Below are positions 18,908 to 32,591 of a DNA stretch of 64,000 bases, piece by piece. The notes under the pieces were generated by a model. The model ran no database searches. It was given only the letters and a program-made list of their open reading frames with translations, and was not told the DNA's origin. The stretch is from Eledone cirrhosa (lineage: Eukaryota), in contig OZ024740.1 of assembly GCA_964016885.1 (NCBI GenBank), forward strand, positions 332,196,001 to 332,260,000. Reading direction: 5' to 3'. Positions within the stretch are counted from its first letter, which is position 1. The number at the start of each line of letters is the position of its first letter. Position numbers and translations under genes: made by a program.

Positions 18908-19250
18908 AAATAATTGTTTCTACTTTAGGAACAAGGCCATCAATCAACCAGTGCATTACTGGTACTTTATTTTATCGACCCCGTAAGGATGAAAGGCAAA
19001 GTCAACCTCGGCGGGATTTGATCTCAGATCGTAAAGGGACGTAACTATGCTGGAAAGCATGGCGTCCGACCCTCTACTCAATTCTTTAAATAATTGTTTC
19101 TACTTTAGGCACAAGGCCAGCAATTACCCAGTGCATTACTGGTACTTTATTTTATCGACCTCGTAAGGATGAAAGGCAAAGTTAACCTCGGCGGGATTTG
19201 AACTCAGATCATAAAGGGAGGTAACTCTATGCTACAAAGCATGGTGTCAA
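18908..19250 (-). mobile_element. Two tandem Nin-domain-type SINE copies
   Basis: ccagtgcattactggtactttattttatcgacc(c/t)cgtaaggatgaaaggcaaagt(c/t)aacctcggcgggatttga twice, ~180-bp period. Confidence 0.88.
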
Positions 19251-19564
19251 TTCTTTAAATAATGACCTTTATATACACTTCAGATGTGTTATGTAATGGT
19301 AACGTAAGTCCCAAACACCATCATTATACGGAATTTCATTAAGTTGCTGATATGAATAAGTTTGGACATGTTATTGATGGTCTAAATTCTTGATCCAACA
19401 TAGGACAATCAACGATCTATGTCCTTCAGTCTTTTCCCGCTGATGATCACGAGTTGAACTTGGGTGAAACTTATGTAAATATCATTTAATGCCCCGAATT
19501 ATACAATACGTTCGGCTTTAATAAATTGACGCACGCACACCTAGAATCGTCTCTTCATATTTAT

Positions 19565-19668
<104 letters not shown>

Positions 19669-19968
19669 TAGGCGAGTAATCTGGTGTACTGGAGTGGGAC
19701 TTGAGTGGGAGGCTGCATGATTGTCATTGGTATTGTTATGTGTGTGAAGTGTATTTCTTGTGTGTGCATTATGGCTTCTCTCAATGTGTGTGGTATGTAT
19801 ATCGTTGATGTAAGTGCGCGTGCGTGTGTGTGTGTGTCTGTGGTATGTGTATCGTTGATGTAAGGCACGTGCGTGCCTGATCTTTTTTGTATTTTATACA
19901 TATTTGTAAAGACTCACAAACACATACAGACACATACACATATACACACACACACTTATATATATAAT

Positions 19969-20008
<40 letters not shown>

Positions 20009-20331
20009 TTACGTTAACTATTTTTCCCATCTTTACGACATAGTCGCATATATGTTATGGAATACTGTTAGCTTCTCGCTAAAACAATTTCTATGCCTTT
20101 CATTTATATATATATATATATATACGTAAAGACGTACGTTATTTTTCATATATTATGTAATTGTCAACGTGTGTTTCTTTCTAAGCTCCCTTTGGGGTTT
20201 CGGGTTAGGCAATCTTTATGCATCCATCCCACGACTCCTATGAAAGGTCGCAGTCCCATGGCCAGTTTTTGTGGAATGAAATGGAGACAGCAATATATTT
20301 TCTGAGCAGGCATCTCTTCTACCTCCGCTAA

Positions 20332-20640
20332 GTGGGCATACTGTCACCTATCTTGTTCATTACTTTTCTGAACAGGATTGACATGCGCAGCGGGGTTGGA
20401 AGTGGTGTCACAACTCGTAGGAGTAAAATCAGTCGGCTGGAGTTTGTAAAGAACATGTTGTTAGCAACTCGACAGAAGGTGAACTCCGAATTGAACTTGA
20501 TAGGGTTGATGCCGAGTGGTACATAGCTGGAATGAAAATCAATGTTGCGAAAACTGAGACACTTGTCCTCTCAAGGAAGCCTTCTCAGTGTACTCTTCGT
20601 GTTTCTGACAGTACTCGCAGGAAGAAGTGTTTGAGGACAC
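20332..20640 (+). mobile_element. Degenerate RTE-type RT fragment
   Basis: GILSPILFITFLNRID...ISRLEF and MKINVAKTETLVLSRKPSQCTLRV. Confidence 0.65.
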
Positions 20641-20812
20641 TGCCCCACTGCGCTCCCAGGAATAGGCGGGTGGAGGAGGACGAAGAAGAAGAAGAAGAAG
20701 AAGAAGAAGAAGAAGAAGAAGAAGAAATAAATGTTTTGATTACAAGGGCATTTTCAAATTCAGTCTCCATTCATAGTATATAGAGGTGTATAAATATATA
20801 TATACACACACA

Positions 20813-20920
<108 letters not shown>

Positions 20921-21274
20921 TATATACATATATATATATATATTAGAGTGGCCCTTATTTTTCAGCTTTCGAAATGTTTAGCTCCCACTCATCTTGTTCC
21001 AATTAACAAAAATAAAAAAAGCAAAACAAAAAAACAATCTTTGCAAAACCAGACAACTGCAAGGCAATTCTCATCAACCGTGAAAGTTTGAAGTTTTAGC
21101 CCCAAAAGTAATCTTTTTAGGTAAAAATTTTTTATATCATATAATTTTCTTTTAAATTAAAAAATTAAAAATATACTCACACACCCACATATATACACAC
21201 ACACACACACACACATATGATATGTATATATATATATATAATCTTCTTACTATACTTTCTCCTTGTACATAGAT

Positions 21275-21710
21275 ACAAGGAGAAAGGGAGAGCAAGGAGA
21301 GCAAGGAGAGCAAAGAGAGCAAAGGGAAAATGATGGCAAGGAGAGCAAGGAGAGCAAGTAGAGCAATGAAAAATGGAGAGCAAGGAGAAAAGAAGAGCAA
21401 GAAGAGGAAGGAGAAAATGAGAGCCAATTGAGCAATAAGAAACAGAGGCCAACGAGAGCAATGAGAAAAGGAGAGCAAGAAGATCAAGGAGAGCAAGGAG
21501 AAAAGCATCGAAAGGAAAGCAATGAGCGCAGGGGGAGCAAGGAGAGCAAGGAGATCCAGAAGAGAAAAAGGGGAGGGGCAAGGGGAGGAAGGGGTGGAAA
21601 TGGATGTAGGAGATGAAGGGAGGGAAGGTGAAAAAGGGAGGATGTGGAGGGGTGAGGTAGAGAAGGAATGGGTAGGGGAGTAATTGGATGATGAGGAGTA
21701 GAGGAGCATA
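21275..21710. repeat. Purine-rich degenerate (GGAGAGCAA)n low-complexity repeat
   Basis: Repeated aggagagca units grading into a G/A-rich tract. Confidence 0.8.
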
Positions 21711-21792
21711 TATACATATATCAGTATGTGGTTATATATATACCATGTATATATATACCATACATTTGCTGAGGTTGCCTTGATGTGTCCAC

Positions 21793-23206
21793 ATGAATTT
21801 CTCTAAGAAGAAAAAAGAATTAATCGTTGTGTACACTATGTTCCAACTTCAAGGCTTTTCAGGGTCGACAAACAGTTGTCGGATTGAGCTGACATGCACA
21901 CCCCGTTTCTTTGTTATTGGAACAGGATTAGAGGGTGGGAGCAGCAAAATTGTAATATGCGGAAAAGGTCCACCCAATCTCCATCATTCCTCCACTTGCC
22001 AACCTTTCCTCGCCCAATCCCTTATCCAATTCATCCTTTACCTCAATTGCCTCCGTTTCAATTTCCTCACTTCCATAAAAAAAACACAAACTCGACTCTC
22101 TCCGCTCCCCGCCTGACGTCACCACCCATACTCAAATCACCTCCAACCCTAACCCCTCTATCCCGTCACCTACCACCCCATTTCCTCTCCCCACCAGTGA
22201 ATCAGCACACGCTTTGCCCAACCACCTTGACCCCTCTGTCTCCGTCTCCTTCACTCCCTCACGCCCCTGCACTGTAGTCACCATACCCCAGAAACTACCA
22301 CTCTCCGACGCTGAGCGCTCCCTCCCCGCCCGTGGTTTGCGCTTTATACCCACCACATCCGCGATGAGTCCACACACATGCCGAGATTGAAGGGTTCTTC
22401 CATCGATTAAAGCTGAAAGCTTTTTTTCACGACACGCCATCAACGACACAGACGGATGACTTCAGTCGTCTCAGTTGCCGGCAACCACATTAGACGCCGA
22501 GCTCTGGCCAGTTCAGCACCCTCGACTCCTTTGTCGATACTTGCTGGCATACTGTCAATCGGTTCCGTTTCCACCAGTATTCTGGTCGCTCTAAAATCAC
22601 GCGGACTGAGCTCTACGCTCTTCGCAACCTTCGGCGTCGCGATGACATTGTCACCAAACCCGCTGAGAAAGGTAGCACTGTGGTGGTTTTGAGCGCTGAC
22701 GTCTATAGGGCTGAGGCTCTCCGCCAGCTTCACAATACCCTTTATTACCACCCTTTATCCTCCGACCCCACTCCTGACTACCAACAACTCGTGTCCTCCA
22801 CCATCCACGAGCTCATCTACTCCTCTCTCCTACAACCCCACAGCCACCAACCTTGTTGTACGCACCCCTGGCACACCCACCATCTACCTCCTCCCCCAAT
22901 ATAATCCCGGCCGTCCTATCGTTAGATGTTCTCCATCATCCACTTTTCTAAAAAATAAATCATACATCAAACGCCAGCATCAACAGTTTTGCAAGAGATG
23001 TCAACATGAATGGACCTGTTATTTTTATCTGAAGACATATTTTCCAATTCCATCCCACCCGTCCCCTGAATCTATTTTATTTCTCATTTTTTTCTTCTGA
23101 TGAAAGACTAGTGTCCGAAACGTTAAGACCATCTTCCAGCTATATCAAGCGTTAACCTAATATATCCTTTCCCATACCGATTGTGTTCTTATTTCTGTTT
23201 ACCATT

Positions 23207-23208
<2 letters not shown>
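21793..23208 (+). mobile_element. Internally deleted, degenerate Penelope-like retroelement (Neptune-like) with hammerhead in its 3' pLTR
   Basis: Hand translation: VVTIPQKLPLSDAERSLPARGLRFIPT (~22274); LYALRNLRRRDDIVTKPAEKGSTVVVLSADVYRAEALRQL...YYHPLSSDPT (~22610-22775); PGTPTIYLLP..NPGRPIV (~22866-22923); then FYLKT (possible GIY-YIG tail). Ends in (CA)n(TA)n. Confidence 0.85.
23093..23128 (+). ncRNA. Minimal Penelope-type hammerhead motif
   Basis: tctt CTGATGA aa gac tagt gtc c GAAA cg TT aaga: stem I tctt/aaga, palindromic AACGTT. Confidence 0.7.
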
Positions 23209-23262
<54 letters not shown>

Positions 23263-23263
<1 letters not shown>

Positions 23264-23961
23264 CTTAACTATAATAAAGAAAGGAGTGCGGAATTGCGTC
23301 CAGAATATATTTTTTTACCCCGTTTGTAAAATAAGTTGGATTACTTTGAATAAATAACTGTTTCTACATTAGGCACAAGGCCAGCAATTATCCAGTGCAT
23401 TACTGGTACTTTATTTTATCGACCCCGTAAGGATAAAAGACAAAGTTAATCTCGGCGGGATTTGAACTCAGAATGGCAAGCGCCGTAACTCTATACGTCA
23501 AAGCATAGCGTCCGGCCTTCTGCCGATACTGCCAATCCACCGCAGTAATGAATGAATATTACATAATGTATGTGCTAAATTTCGTGGCTGTTGATTAAAT
23601 ATATTTTATAGCTTATTTAATGATCTTTAAAATTCACTTCTTTAAAATTTTCAAATGTCAACACTTCCGGTTAGCGGCCGTTATATTATAATACTTATAA
23701 AAATATCGCATATATTTCTGTCGCTAATTTTCTCCGAATGCAGTTTATATATAATATGGTCTATTTTTAAATGTATCATGGATTACGTTACTGATTACAT
23801 AAGACAGTGTAACACAGTCTTCGTTCAATTTCTGTGTATATTGTCAATTACGATTTTTATTTAATGTATCATATCTACATGTATATATATTTGTGTATAA
23901 TATCAATATACACACTACACATGCTAGCAGAAAACCAGCCGTCGGGCGGTTTTTCTGCTGG
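23263..23961 (+). mobile_element. Non-autonomous Helitron with nested SINE (23352-23545, minus strand)
   Basis: 5' TC-ttaactataataaag after an A; 3' hairpin ctagcagaaaacc...ggtttttctgCTGG followed by T (CTRR end, A|T target). The SINE copy retains its tRNA-like head. Confidence 0.65.
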
Positions 23962-24464
23962 TATATATAATAAATTGAGTATCCTAATATCTGGTTGATT
24001 TCTCTTAATTCCCTAGAGAATTTACCAACTACTTCGGTTAAAAGTTTTATTTGGTTTAGTTAAAGTTGTTCTATTTCTCTAGGGATTAAGATAATTTCTT
24101 TAAAAGCAAATTTTGTTCATAGAATATAAAATGCCACCAGGTATCCCCAAATTAACTATTTTTTGAGTAAAACTCTAACATTCCTATATGGAACCTGGTG
24201 GTACACAGAGACCACGTCTTAGTACCACTGTATCAAACGAATTAATACTATAATTCGTCGATTCGTACTTTATTATATATGTGCTCTATACCATCGTATG
24301 AAAATGGTGCGCCTGATTAGTTGAATTCATACACATATGTATGGGTAATCCTTCTGATGAGATCATTTGACTTTTCTGGATGAATGTTGAATTACGTTGA
24401 TCTTGAAACTTAATTATTGGCAGAACACTCTTTTTATACCCGAACATTTCATTTACTCTTGTTG

Positions 24465-24571
<107 letters not shown>

Positions 24572-24727
24572 TGTGTGTGTGTGTGTGTGAGATATAAGTA
24601 CATATAAGTACATATACATGTATATATACATATATATGTCTGTGTGTGCGTGTGTCAGTGTGTTAGTGTATCGTCGGATAAACAACATTGAGAGAGCGCG
24701 TGAGAGAGAGAGAGATGGAGAGAGAGT

Positions 24728-24817
<90 letters not shown>

Positions 24818-24899
24818 TAGAGAGAGAGAGAGGGGCATAGAGAGAGAGAGATGACATACGTTTAGTGAATGATGGAATAGAGAATTTATAATGTGCAAT

Positions 24900-25422
24900 T
24901 TTAAAAGATCAGGCACCAACGTAGTTATATAGGGAAATAATTATATATAGGTTTCGAAGGAAGATGAATTTAACACTATGACACTGTTTGATACAGGGAC
25001 TCAGATTCTCTTACTATTAAGCAGGAACGTTTAAATTGTAAATAAAAGCGCTTCATACTGAGATATAAGAGCAGTTATGTGTGAAATTGGTTTCATAATA
25101 GATTAAAGAAAATGAAAGTAAATAAATAATTGGAAAAAAGAAAGATTTCTTTTGATCAATAATTGTTAATTAAACCTGCGTAAAGATATGGTCTTTGTCT
25201 TTGAAAATGTAATTTTATACATTGAATTAAGTATCATTTAATGTTTTTCTAGCATGATTTTGAATAAAGAACATCTCTTGGTCTGATATTTTGTTTTGAT
25301 CTTTTGCATCATTTCGTTAAAGCCATGGAGTCCGTTATTCTTCTTTATATATATTTGTATATATATATATATTTATATACACGCATATATATATACATAT
25401 ATATATATATACATATATATAT

Positions 25423-25461
<39 letters not shown>

Positions 25462-25478
25462 CATATATATATATATAT

Positions 25479-25538
<60 letters not shown>

Positions 25539-25586
25539 TTGTATGTATATGTATGTATCTATATGTACATGTATATGTGTTATATA

Positions 25587-25683
<97 letters not shown>

Positions 25684-26765
25684 AACCGAGAGAGGCTGAA
25701 AGTTCAATCTTATATATGTATATACAAAATAAACTTTGAAGTATTTTGTAATTTATTCGTATTCGTTCAATTTATATGCGGTGGCATTGTAAGTTATTAA
25801 AGTATTTCATAATATACTCATTCATTATCTGCGTTCAGACAACCGATTAATATATCTAAACATCGTACAAATATATGTATATTTAATTATCACAAGGGAG
25901 ATGCAACAGCATTCGATTACAACGTGCAACTTGTTGGTTAAGTTCCTTTGAGCTTAGAGTCAGTTATACACTCATACATCAAACTTAGGCGTTCCAGTCA
26001 GGCCGTTACACTCAATTATTGAAGCCCATTGTATCTAAGAACGGGGTATTTGATCGGAGAAATTAGGGTGCTTTTATCTAGTAGTTCGAATGAAATGTAG
26101 AACCTTCCGTTTTGGTCCATACGTTTGTCTACTTCGAGCCTTGGAAATGATTATGTTTGCTTATCCATATTTCTTTGCTTGTAGTATATTTCATTGGACT
26201 CTTAACAGAAACGAGTTATTTGTCTAGATGAAATCATTTTCTCTAAATTTCGCTCACAGAATAATGTTTTAATACACAATACTACCATTCCTCTCTTACA
26301 TTGAAATGGCCGGAAATAACATACCGCGAAGCACCATTCACCTATATTTCTTATAAAGGCATACATAATGCATACATACATACAAACACACATACATAGA
26401 TACGTACATAAATACATACATACATAAATACATACATACATACATAAAAGAAAGGAAAAGTGTGCTACTGTGTAGAAATAAAGAATCAGGATGGTGGTTG
26501 CCGAAAATATACACCACCTCTACACGCCTCACATGTTTTCACCACTTGTTTTAACTTTCATTTTCCAACTCATGTTTTATTTTTATTTTTATTTTTTTCC
26601 CACTAACTCCCATCTCACTCCCCCCTTGGAGTTCCTCCATCCCACCACTCTCCTGATGAAGGGCTTGAGCTGAGCCCGAAACGTCGCACTCACAACCCCC
26701 ACTCTCACCTAGCGTGAACCTAATAGCTTTTGTAACTTGTACTCCTGTGATGTTGTTTTTACTTT

Positions 26766-26826
<61 letters not shown>

Positions 26827-27700
26827 TCATATATATATGTGTGTTTGTGTGTGTGTATGTTTGTGGGTGTATATATATATATTTTTTGTTTTGTATGTAT
26901 ATATGTTCGTATGTATGCACGCGCACGTGTGTGTCTGTGGTTCTGTGTGTCTAGTTTATTTCTGAGTATGTTTTGCTGTTCAATTTCGAAAGCTCAAACT
27001 TGAATTTTTATCCTACTTATATGAGATTAATATTATAAATGAGGGCGAAGAGAATTATATACTTTCATATCAAATGCCACTGGAAATGAAATCGTGTTTT
27101 ACAAATACGTTGTCAGATTTCATGTATTTAGAATTAATTCCAGAAATCAGATTCGATTACACATAATGATGAATGTAATGGAAACAAAAACATTAAAAGT
27201 AAAATACTTTTTGAATCGTGAAACTTCATATATTATCTTGTACAGAAATTCTATAACATATTTCGTACTGAGTGGGAGTATTAATATTTGGTCAATAAGG
27301 TATTGGTGAGGTCATCGAGTTATTGGTGATGTCAAATTTTTTGAAGATTATTCCTTGTGTGTATAATCCTTTCCATTAAGATATTCCAAAAGCCGAAGTA
27401 GGAATCAATATATGAAATATAGCATAGATTTACATGAAATATTCTGCATTTTCTACCGACTTTCTACACGATTCGCTACATATATCTTTCAGTCATAAAT
27501 GGCTCGAATACTGAAAGCATCAACTTAGTGATTTTGCAAATTCATTGTATCTATATCTCTTATAATTCATATTGTATATTTAAATCGTATTTTTATTTCA
27601 TTTTTAGAACTGTGAACCTTGTCTAACAGATTTACAGAATACCAAACACATTAATATAATCTATGCTTACACATTCGCGTACATACAAATATCTTTTAAT
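24900..27700 (+). pseudogene. Decayed LRR-like coding remnants interrupted by microsatellites and repeats
   Basis: Plus-strand fragments FHNRLKKM (~25090), SDNRLIYL (~25835), AFDYNVQL (~25910), NSRNQIR and IILYRNSITY (ORF 27094..27309). Confidence 0.3.
26645..26770 (+). ncRNA. Solo Penelope pLTR-like fragment with minimal hammerhead motif
   Basis: CTGATGA a gggct tgagctg agccc GAAA cg TC at 26653-26685. Downstream agcgtgaacctaat resembles agcgttaacctaat after the 23093 motif. Stem I is eroded. Ends at (TA)n. Confidence 0.6.
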
Positions 27701-28166
27701 TTATGGCTCTTATATATATATATATGGAGATCAATATGCCATCGCACGTTCACACATAAAAACACGGACTTATAACATGTTATCTTTTATATAAATATAT
27801 AGGTGTTTATATTTCTATTTGCGTGTGTTATAATCTTCAGTTTGCACACACACCTACATACGCATGCCTATATGTACACATACATATATATATCCACACA
27901 CACACAGATATATATACATACATACATACATATATATCATTCACACACGATAGTGTGTGAATAATATTCTTAAGGTCAACTTTTTCTCAACGACAGCCAC
28001 TTCTAGGACTTGTCACTAATTCAGTTCTCAACCAAATTTGATCAGGTTTTTTGCACTAGAATGGATTTATCCCAGGCTAGATTTTGGTATCAGGGAAATT
28101 TGGGCCAGTATAAAAAAAGTTACGCTAAAATATGTGTGGTCAAGTACTGGAGGATAAGGCCCCTCA

Positions 28167-28366
28167 NNNNNNNNNNNNNNNNNNNNNNNNNNNNNNNNNN
28201 NNNNNNNNNNNNNNNNNNNNNNNNNNNNNNNNNNNNNNNNNNNNNNNNNNNNNNNNNNNNNNNNNNNNNNNNNNNNNNNNNNNNNNNNNNNNNNNNNNNN
28301 NNNNNNNNNNNNNNNNNNNNNNNNNNNNNNNNNNNNNNNNNNNNNNNNNNNNNNNNNNNNNNNNNN
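28167..28366. other. Assembly gap (200 N)
   Basis: Run of n. Confidence 1.
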
Positions 28367-28499
28367 CCCTCATTGACTTTGATTAATCATAACCTTTTAA
28401 ATTTTGTGCCATAGAAATCGAGTTGTGTGACGAAATCAGATGAAAAGTAACGCTAAGGGACATAACTCTAGTATAAATCCATTGTAGCTGTACTAAGTA

Positions 28500-29466
28500 G
28501 TTTCCTTTAATTATAGTTATTCACAAAAGGCTTGATGAAATTTTTGGAGATCCCCCAAAATGGCATATCCTTTTGGAAAAATGAATCTTCTTTTGTTTGG
28601 TGATTAGATGCAATTGCCACCTGTAAATGAAAAACCAGTATTTTCTAGAATTTCATCATATGATGCCAAAAGAACAGAAATTCGTATTAGTGGAAATTCA
28701 TTGTGGAAATACTTTCAATATGATGAGCTAACCATTAATATGAGACAAATAGAAGACAAAGACAACTATGTTGATATTTTGGGAAGAATTGGGATTGGTT
28801 CCCCATCAGACTCTAATATTAACATTCTTCAAAAAAGATGCCTATTTCCTGATAGAAAAGCATCTGTTGAAGAAATTGCTAAAAAAATTGATTGAATTGT
28901 ATTCTATTCCTGAATTAAAATTTGTATGCATTTTACCTTTGAATGAAGCTGTTGATGAGTTGAATAATGAAATGATTAAAAGATGCAACATAAATGCAGT
29001 GAAACTTGCTGCAAAAGATTCTGGTATGAGACAAGTAAATGGAAGAAAAAAGGAATATGTTGAAAAAGGCAAAAACAAGAAAACTTCTGATATTGTTGGA
29101 CTAGAAACTTTGCCAAATGTTGGAATTGGAGCAAGAGTGATGTTGAAACGAAACATTGATGTAGATCAAGGCTTATGCAATGGTGTTATTGGAACAGTTA
29201 TTGAATTAATTGGGAATGGAAGCAATGTTGACAACATTTTGGCGTCTTTTGATACTAAAAAGGACAAACCCATTTCCATTGGAAGAGTTCAAGCAGACTA
29301 TGAAATTTCTCCTGGTGTTTTTGTCACCAGAACACAATTTCCATTGTCTCTTGCTTACTCTAAAACAATTCACAAATCACAAGGAATTTCGATGGATGGA
29401 AAAATTGCTGATTTAGGCAATCAGATATCAGATATTAATAACCATTTCATCTCCCGGACAGACTAA
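28500..29466 (+). mobile_element. PIF1-family helicase remnant of a Helitron/Helentron (stop codon, frameshifts, truncated)
   Basis: PFGKMNLLLFGD*MQLPPV, LTINMRQ, GARVMLKRNIDVDQGLCNG, RTQFPLSLAYSKTIHKSQG; no introns. Confidence 0.8.
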
Positions 29467-29549
29467 AGATTTAATCTGTTTCGCCCTGAATGAATCGTGT
29501 TTGTAACAAATAATCCATAGGCATTTCGTCAGCGAGAGATTAGACTAAA

Positions 29550-29864
29550 TGTTACATAACACCTATAACAATAAACTCACTAAAGTTTACACCTCGCGCG
29601 TTGAAAGTCATATGCAGTGCGAGTGGGCATGCTAGAAATAATAGCCTATTTACAGTATTTATAATGTGAGCTTGTTAATTGCAGGGTATCTATATGAGTT
29701 AATAAGTCTATATTTTATTTGTATTTCGGGTCCTTATCTGTTGAGCCTATAAAAATGAGTGTAAATAGGCTATTATTTCTAGCATAACCACTCGCACTGC
29801 ATATGATTTTCAACGCGCGAGGTGTAAACTTTAGTGAGTTTATTGTTATAGGTGTTATGTAACA
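29550..29864. mobile_element. MITE-like fold-back with ~105-bp terminal inverted repeats
   Basis: tgttacataacacctataacaataaactcactaaagtttacacctcgcgcgttgaaa... pairs with ...tttcaacgcgcgaggtgtaaactttagtgagtttattgttataggtgttatgtaaca. Confidence 0.8.
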
Positions 29865-29957
29865 GACTTCTGACGTCAGACGTCTGTGTCAGGCTGATCT
29901 GTCTTCCTGAAACCTTTGGTAAATGATATAATTATCTTATGTTGTTTATTACATAAC

Positions 29958-30015
<58 letters not shown>

Positions 30016-30058
30016 CATATTTATATATACTGTATATATATATACATATTTATATATA

Positions 30059-30131
<73 letters not shown>

Positions 30132-30140
30132 CATACACAC

Positions 30141-30177
<37 letters not shown>

Positions 30178-30180
30178 TAT

Positions 30181-30330
30181 ATTTATTAAAATAACAGATT
30201 AATGTTTAAGCAAAGAATCGCTGATTTTACCCTTAACGGGATCTTCTGGGAGTTTCAGAAGATCCTGTTAAGCGTGAAAGCAGCGATTCTTTGCTTAAAC
30301 TTTAATCTGTTATTTTAATAAATATTTACT
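30181..30330. repeat. Short palindromic element; same family at 62142-62457 and 5922-6008
   Basis: taaaataacagatta.agtttaagcaaagaatcgctg / cagcgattctttgcttaaactttaatctgttattttaa arms; flanked by (TA)n and (CT)n. Confidence 0.85.
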
Positions 30331-30368
30331 CTTTCTCACTCTCTCACTCTCTCCCTCTCTCTCTCTCA

Positions 30369-30521
<153 letters not shown>

Positions 30522-30892
30522 TATTACCAAGTGAAATTACACAAAATATAATTTAAAAAGCAACAAAACACACACATGTAGGCACGCAGACGATCTCCTG
30601 ACAGACAAACATAAAATAAATATAAACAAAGGAGTGACACGAAAGGGAATAATCAAAGATAAGTTCATAGACAGTGACGAATGAACTTTGACGAAAAACT
30701 TAATCAATATGTTGATTCATAAATTCATTGACTGATTAATTATCTGAATAATAAAACTGATTTGAAATTCAATAAGGGTGATTGTTTTGAATAGTCGTTT
30801 GACCCTTCCAAAGACCAAAAATAGTTGTCACAGCCCGCGATTTCAGAGCAGGAATCGTACAATTTAAATATAAATACGATATACATATATAT

Positions 30893-31320
30893 CAACCGGC
30901 AACCCCACCAAGCTTGCTTGGTAAGGAGAGTGATATTTGGACACCCTGCGGGATGAAATACAAGACCCGGCAAAGGGCGAAAGAACACAGCAGAGTCAAC
31001 GGCCATTCAAATAGCCCTTTTTTTTCTTTTTTTTTCTCCCCCCTGGGAGTGAAAGGCCCTCAATTGTTGTCACAACACTTTTCTAAGAGAGGGAAACTCT
31101 GAAAAAAAAACACCCGCAGCTTCGGAAGCATTCGATGTTGTTCACCAATTCTCCTTTTCAAGTAGTGTTTTCGATGCTCAGAGAGTGGGATTGGTCGAGT
31201 GCAGAGCTTTTCCCCACTTAAAAAACGTTCAAAGCACAGGCATTGCTTTTTCAGGATATGTTACAGGTTTGTGCGACTGGCCGTAGCATAAAAGTGCACT
31301 AAACTCTATAATCTGACAAG
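30893..31320 (+). mobile_element. RTE-like 5' UTR fragment, related to 38380-38560
   Basis: ggcaaccccaccaagcttgcttggtaaggagagtgatatttggacaccctgc...gggaaactctga is similar to ggcaaccacaccaaggtttcttggtgaggagggtgactttggacatcctgc...ggaaaactctga. Confidence 0.5.
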
Positions 31321-31399
31321 CAATTGCAATACTCTTAGCAGAGTTTGCAGCCATCATATATATACATATGTGTGTTTGTATGTGAGTGTATATCATCTG

Positions 31400-31630
31400 A
31401 TCGAGCATGCTCAGAGATTCATGAGCCTAGCACGCCATCCATCACAACCAAGTATAAATGTTGGGAGGTTATTAGGAGAGCATTCTGTGTCTCTACATAG
31501 TTGGTTGATGTAAGCTGGTCAACCAACCTTCATCTGGCCGCGGTTAGATGCCCAAAGCCAAATATCACTAAAGTGTTCTTGATTTGCTCTCCAGCAGTGT
31601 CCGGCAAATCGCATATTCGTTCCGGCAAAT

Positions 31631-31679
<49 letters not shown>

Positions 31680-31960
31680 GGGATGGACCATAGAGTAATT
31701 CTTTAGTAGGATGCTCTGTCCATGAAGTATTAAGTACAGCCCTGACCATCCAGGCATAAGTTCCATTAAGCGTGGATTCTAGTTTTTTGGTCAGTGTCCA
31801 AGCAATGGCACCATACATACAGACTGATGCTACAATGGCACGAAGAAACTGCGTTTTAGGTATTCTGGAAGATCAGATTTCCAAATAATGTCCATTTCGT
31901 TAAGGGCTGTCCATGCATTAGCTATTCCGATTTCATGTACTTTTCAGTTGAATTTTGTAT
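31400..31960 (-). mobile_element. Degenerate RTE 3' fragment interrupted by (TA)n at 31634-31677
   Basis: YGAIAWTLTKKLESTLNGTYAWMVRAVLNTSWTEHPTKELLYG...RFAGHCWR. Confidence 0.8.
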
Positions 31961-32271
31961 ATAATAGTAAGAAGCTCTCTGCAGAGCTGGACAACATTAG
32001 GCATTCAGAGTAGAAACCCCTCTCAAGCGAGAGTTTCAGACCTTAACTTCTTACACGTTAAGGCGTGTTGGCCGCATCCAATTCCCGATTCTTGGGTGCC
32101 CTTTTGCTGACATATAGCCATTCGGAAATAGGAGACGTACTCTGTATTTAAACCGTGTGGAGATTTGTTGATAAGATCCAGCTGGAAATCGTCTCCGTTC
32201 CTCTGCTTTCAAATTTATATTTAAACGCTTTCTTGAATTAGCATAATAACGTAAGTAATAAATGGTAAACG

Positions 32272-32341
<70 letters not shown>

Positions 32342-32504
32342 AGTATATATATGTGTGTGTGTGCGTGCCTGTATGTGGGTTTATCTTTATATATATATAT
32401 ATGTGTGTTTTTTGTGTGTTTAGGTGTACTCCCAAAATACATTTTGTCTTCCTTCTATTTACTTTGCACACACACATACATACAACTCTCTCTATCTCTC
32501 TCTT

Positions 32505-32591
<87 letters not shown>

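Noticed and set aside
18908-19250. Regularly spaced repeats resembling a CRISPR array (also 60488-61140)
   Set aside because: Eukaryotic SINE copies, with no short repeat-spacer structure and no cas genes.
21152-21717. Hydrophobic and Cys/Pro-rich ORFs
   Set aside because: Derived from the purine-rich GGAGAGCAA low-complexity repeat.
28500-29466. Host PIF1 gene
   Set aside because: Intronless, with a stop codon and frameshifts, truncated, and in a repeat context; better explained as Helitron-type debris.
29470-29535. Minus-strand CTGACGA...ggcGAAACagat hammerhead-like match
   Set aside because: No stem I pairing and no palindromic stem III; compatible with chance.
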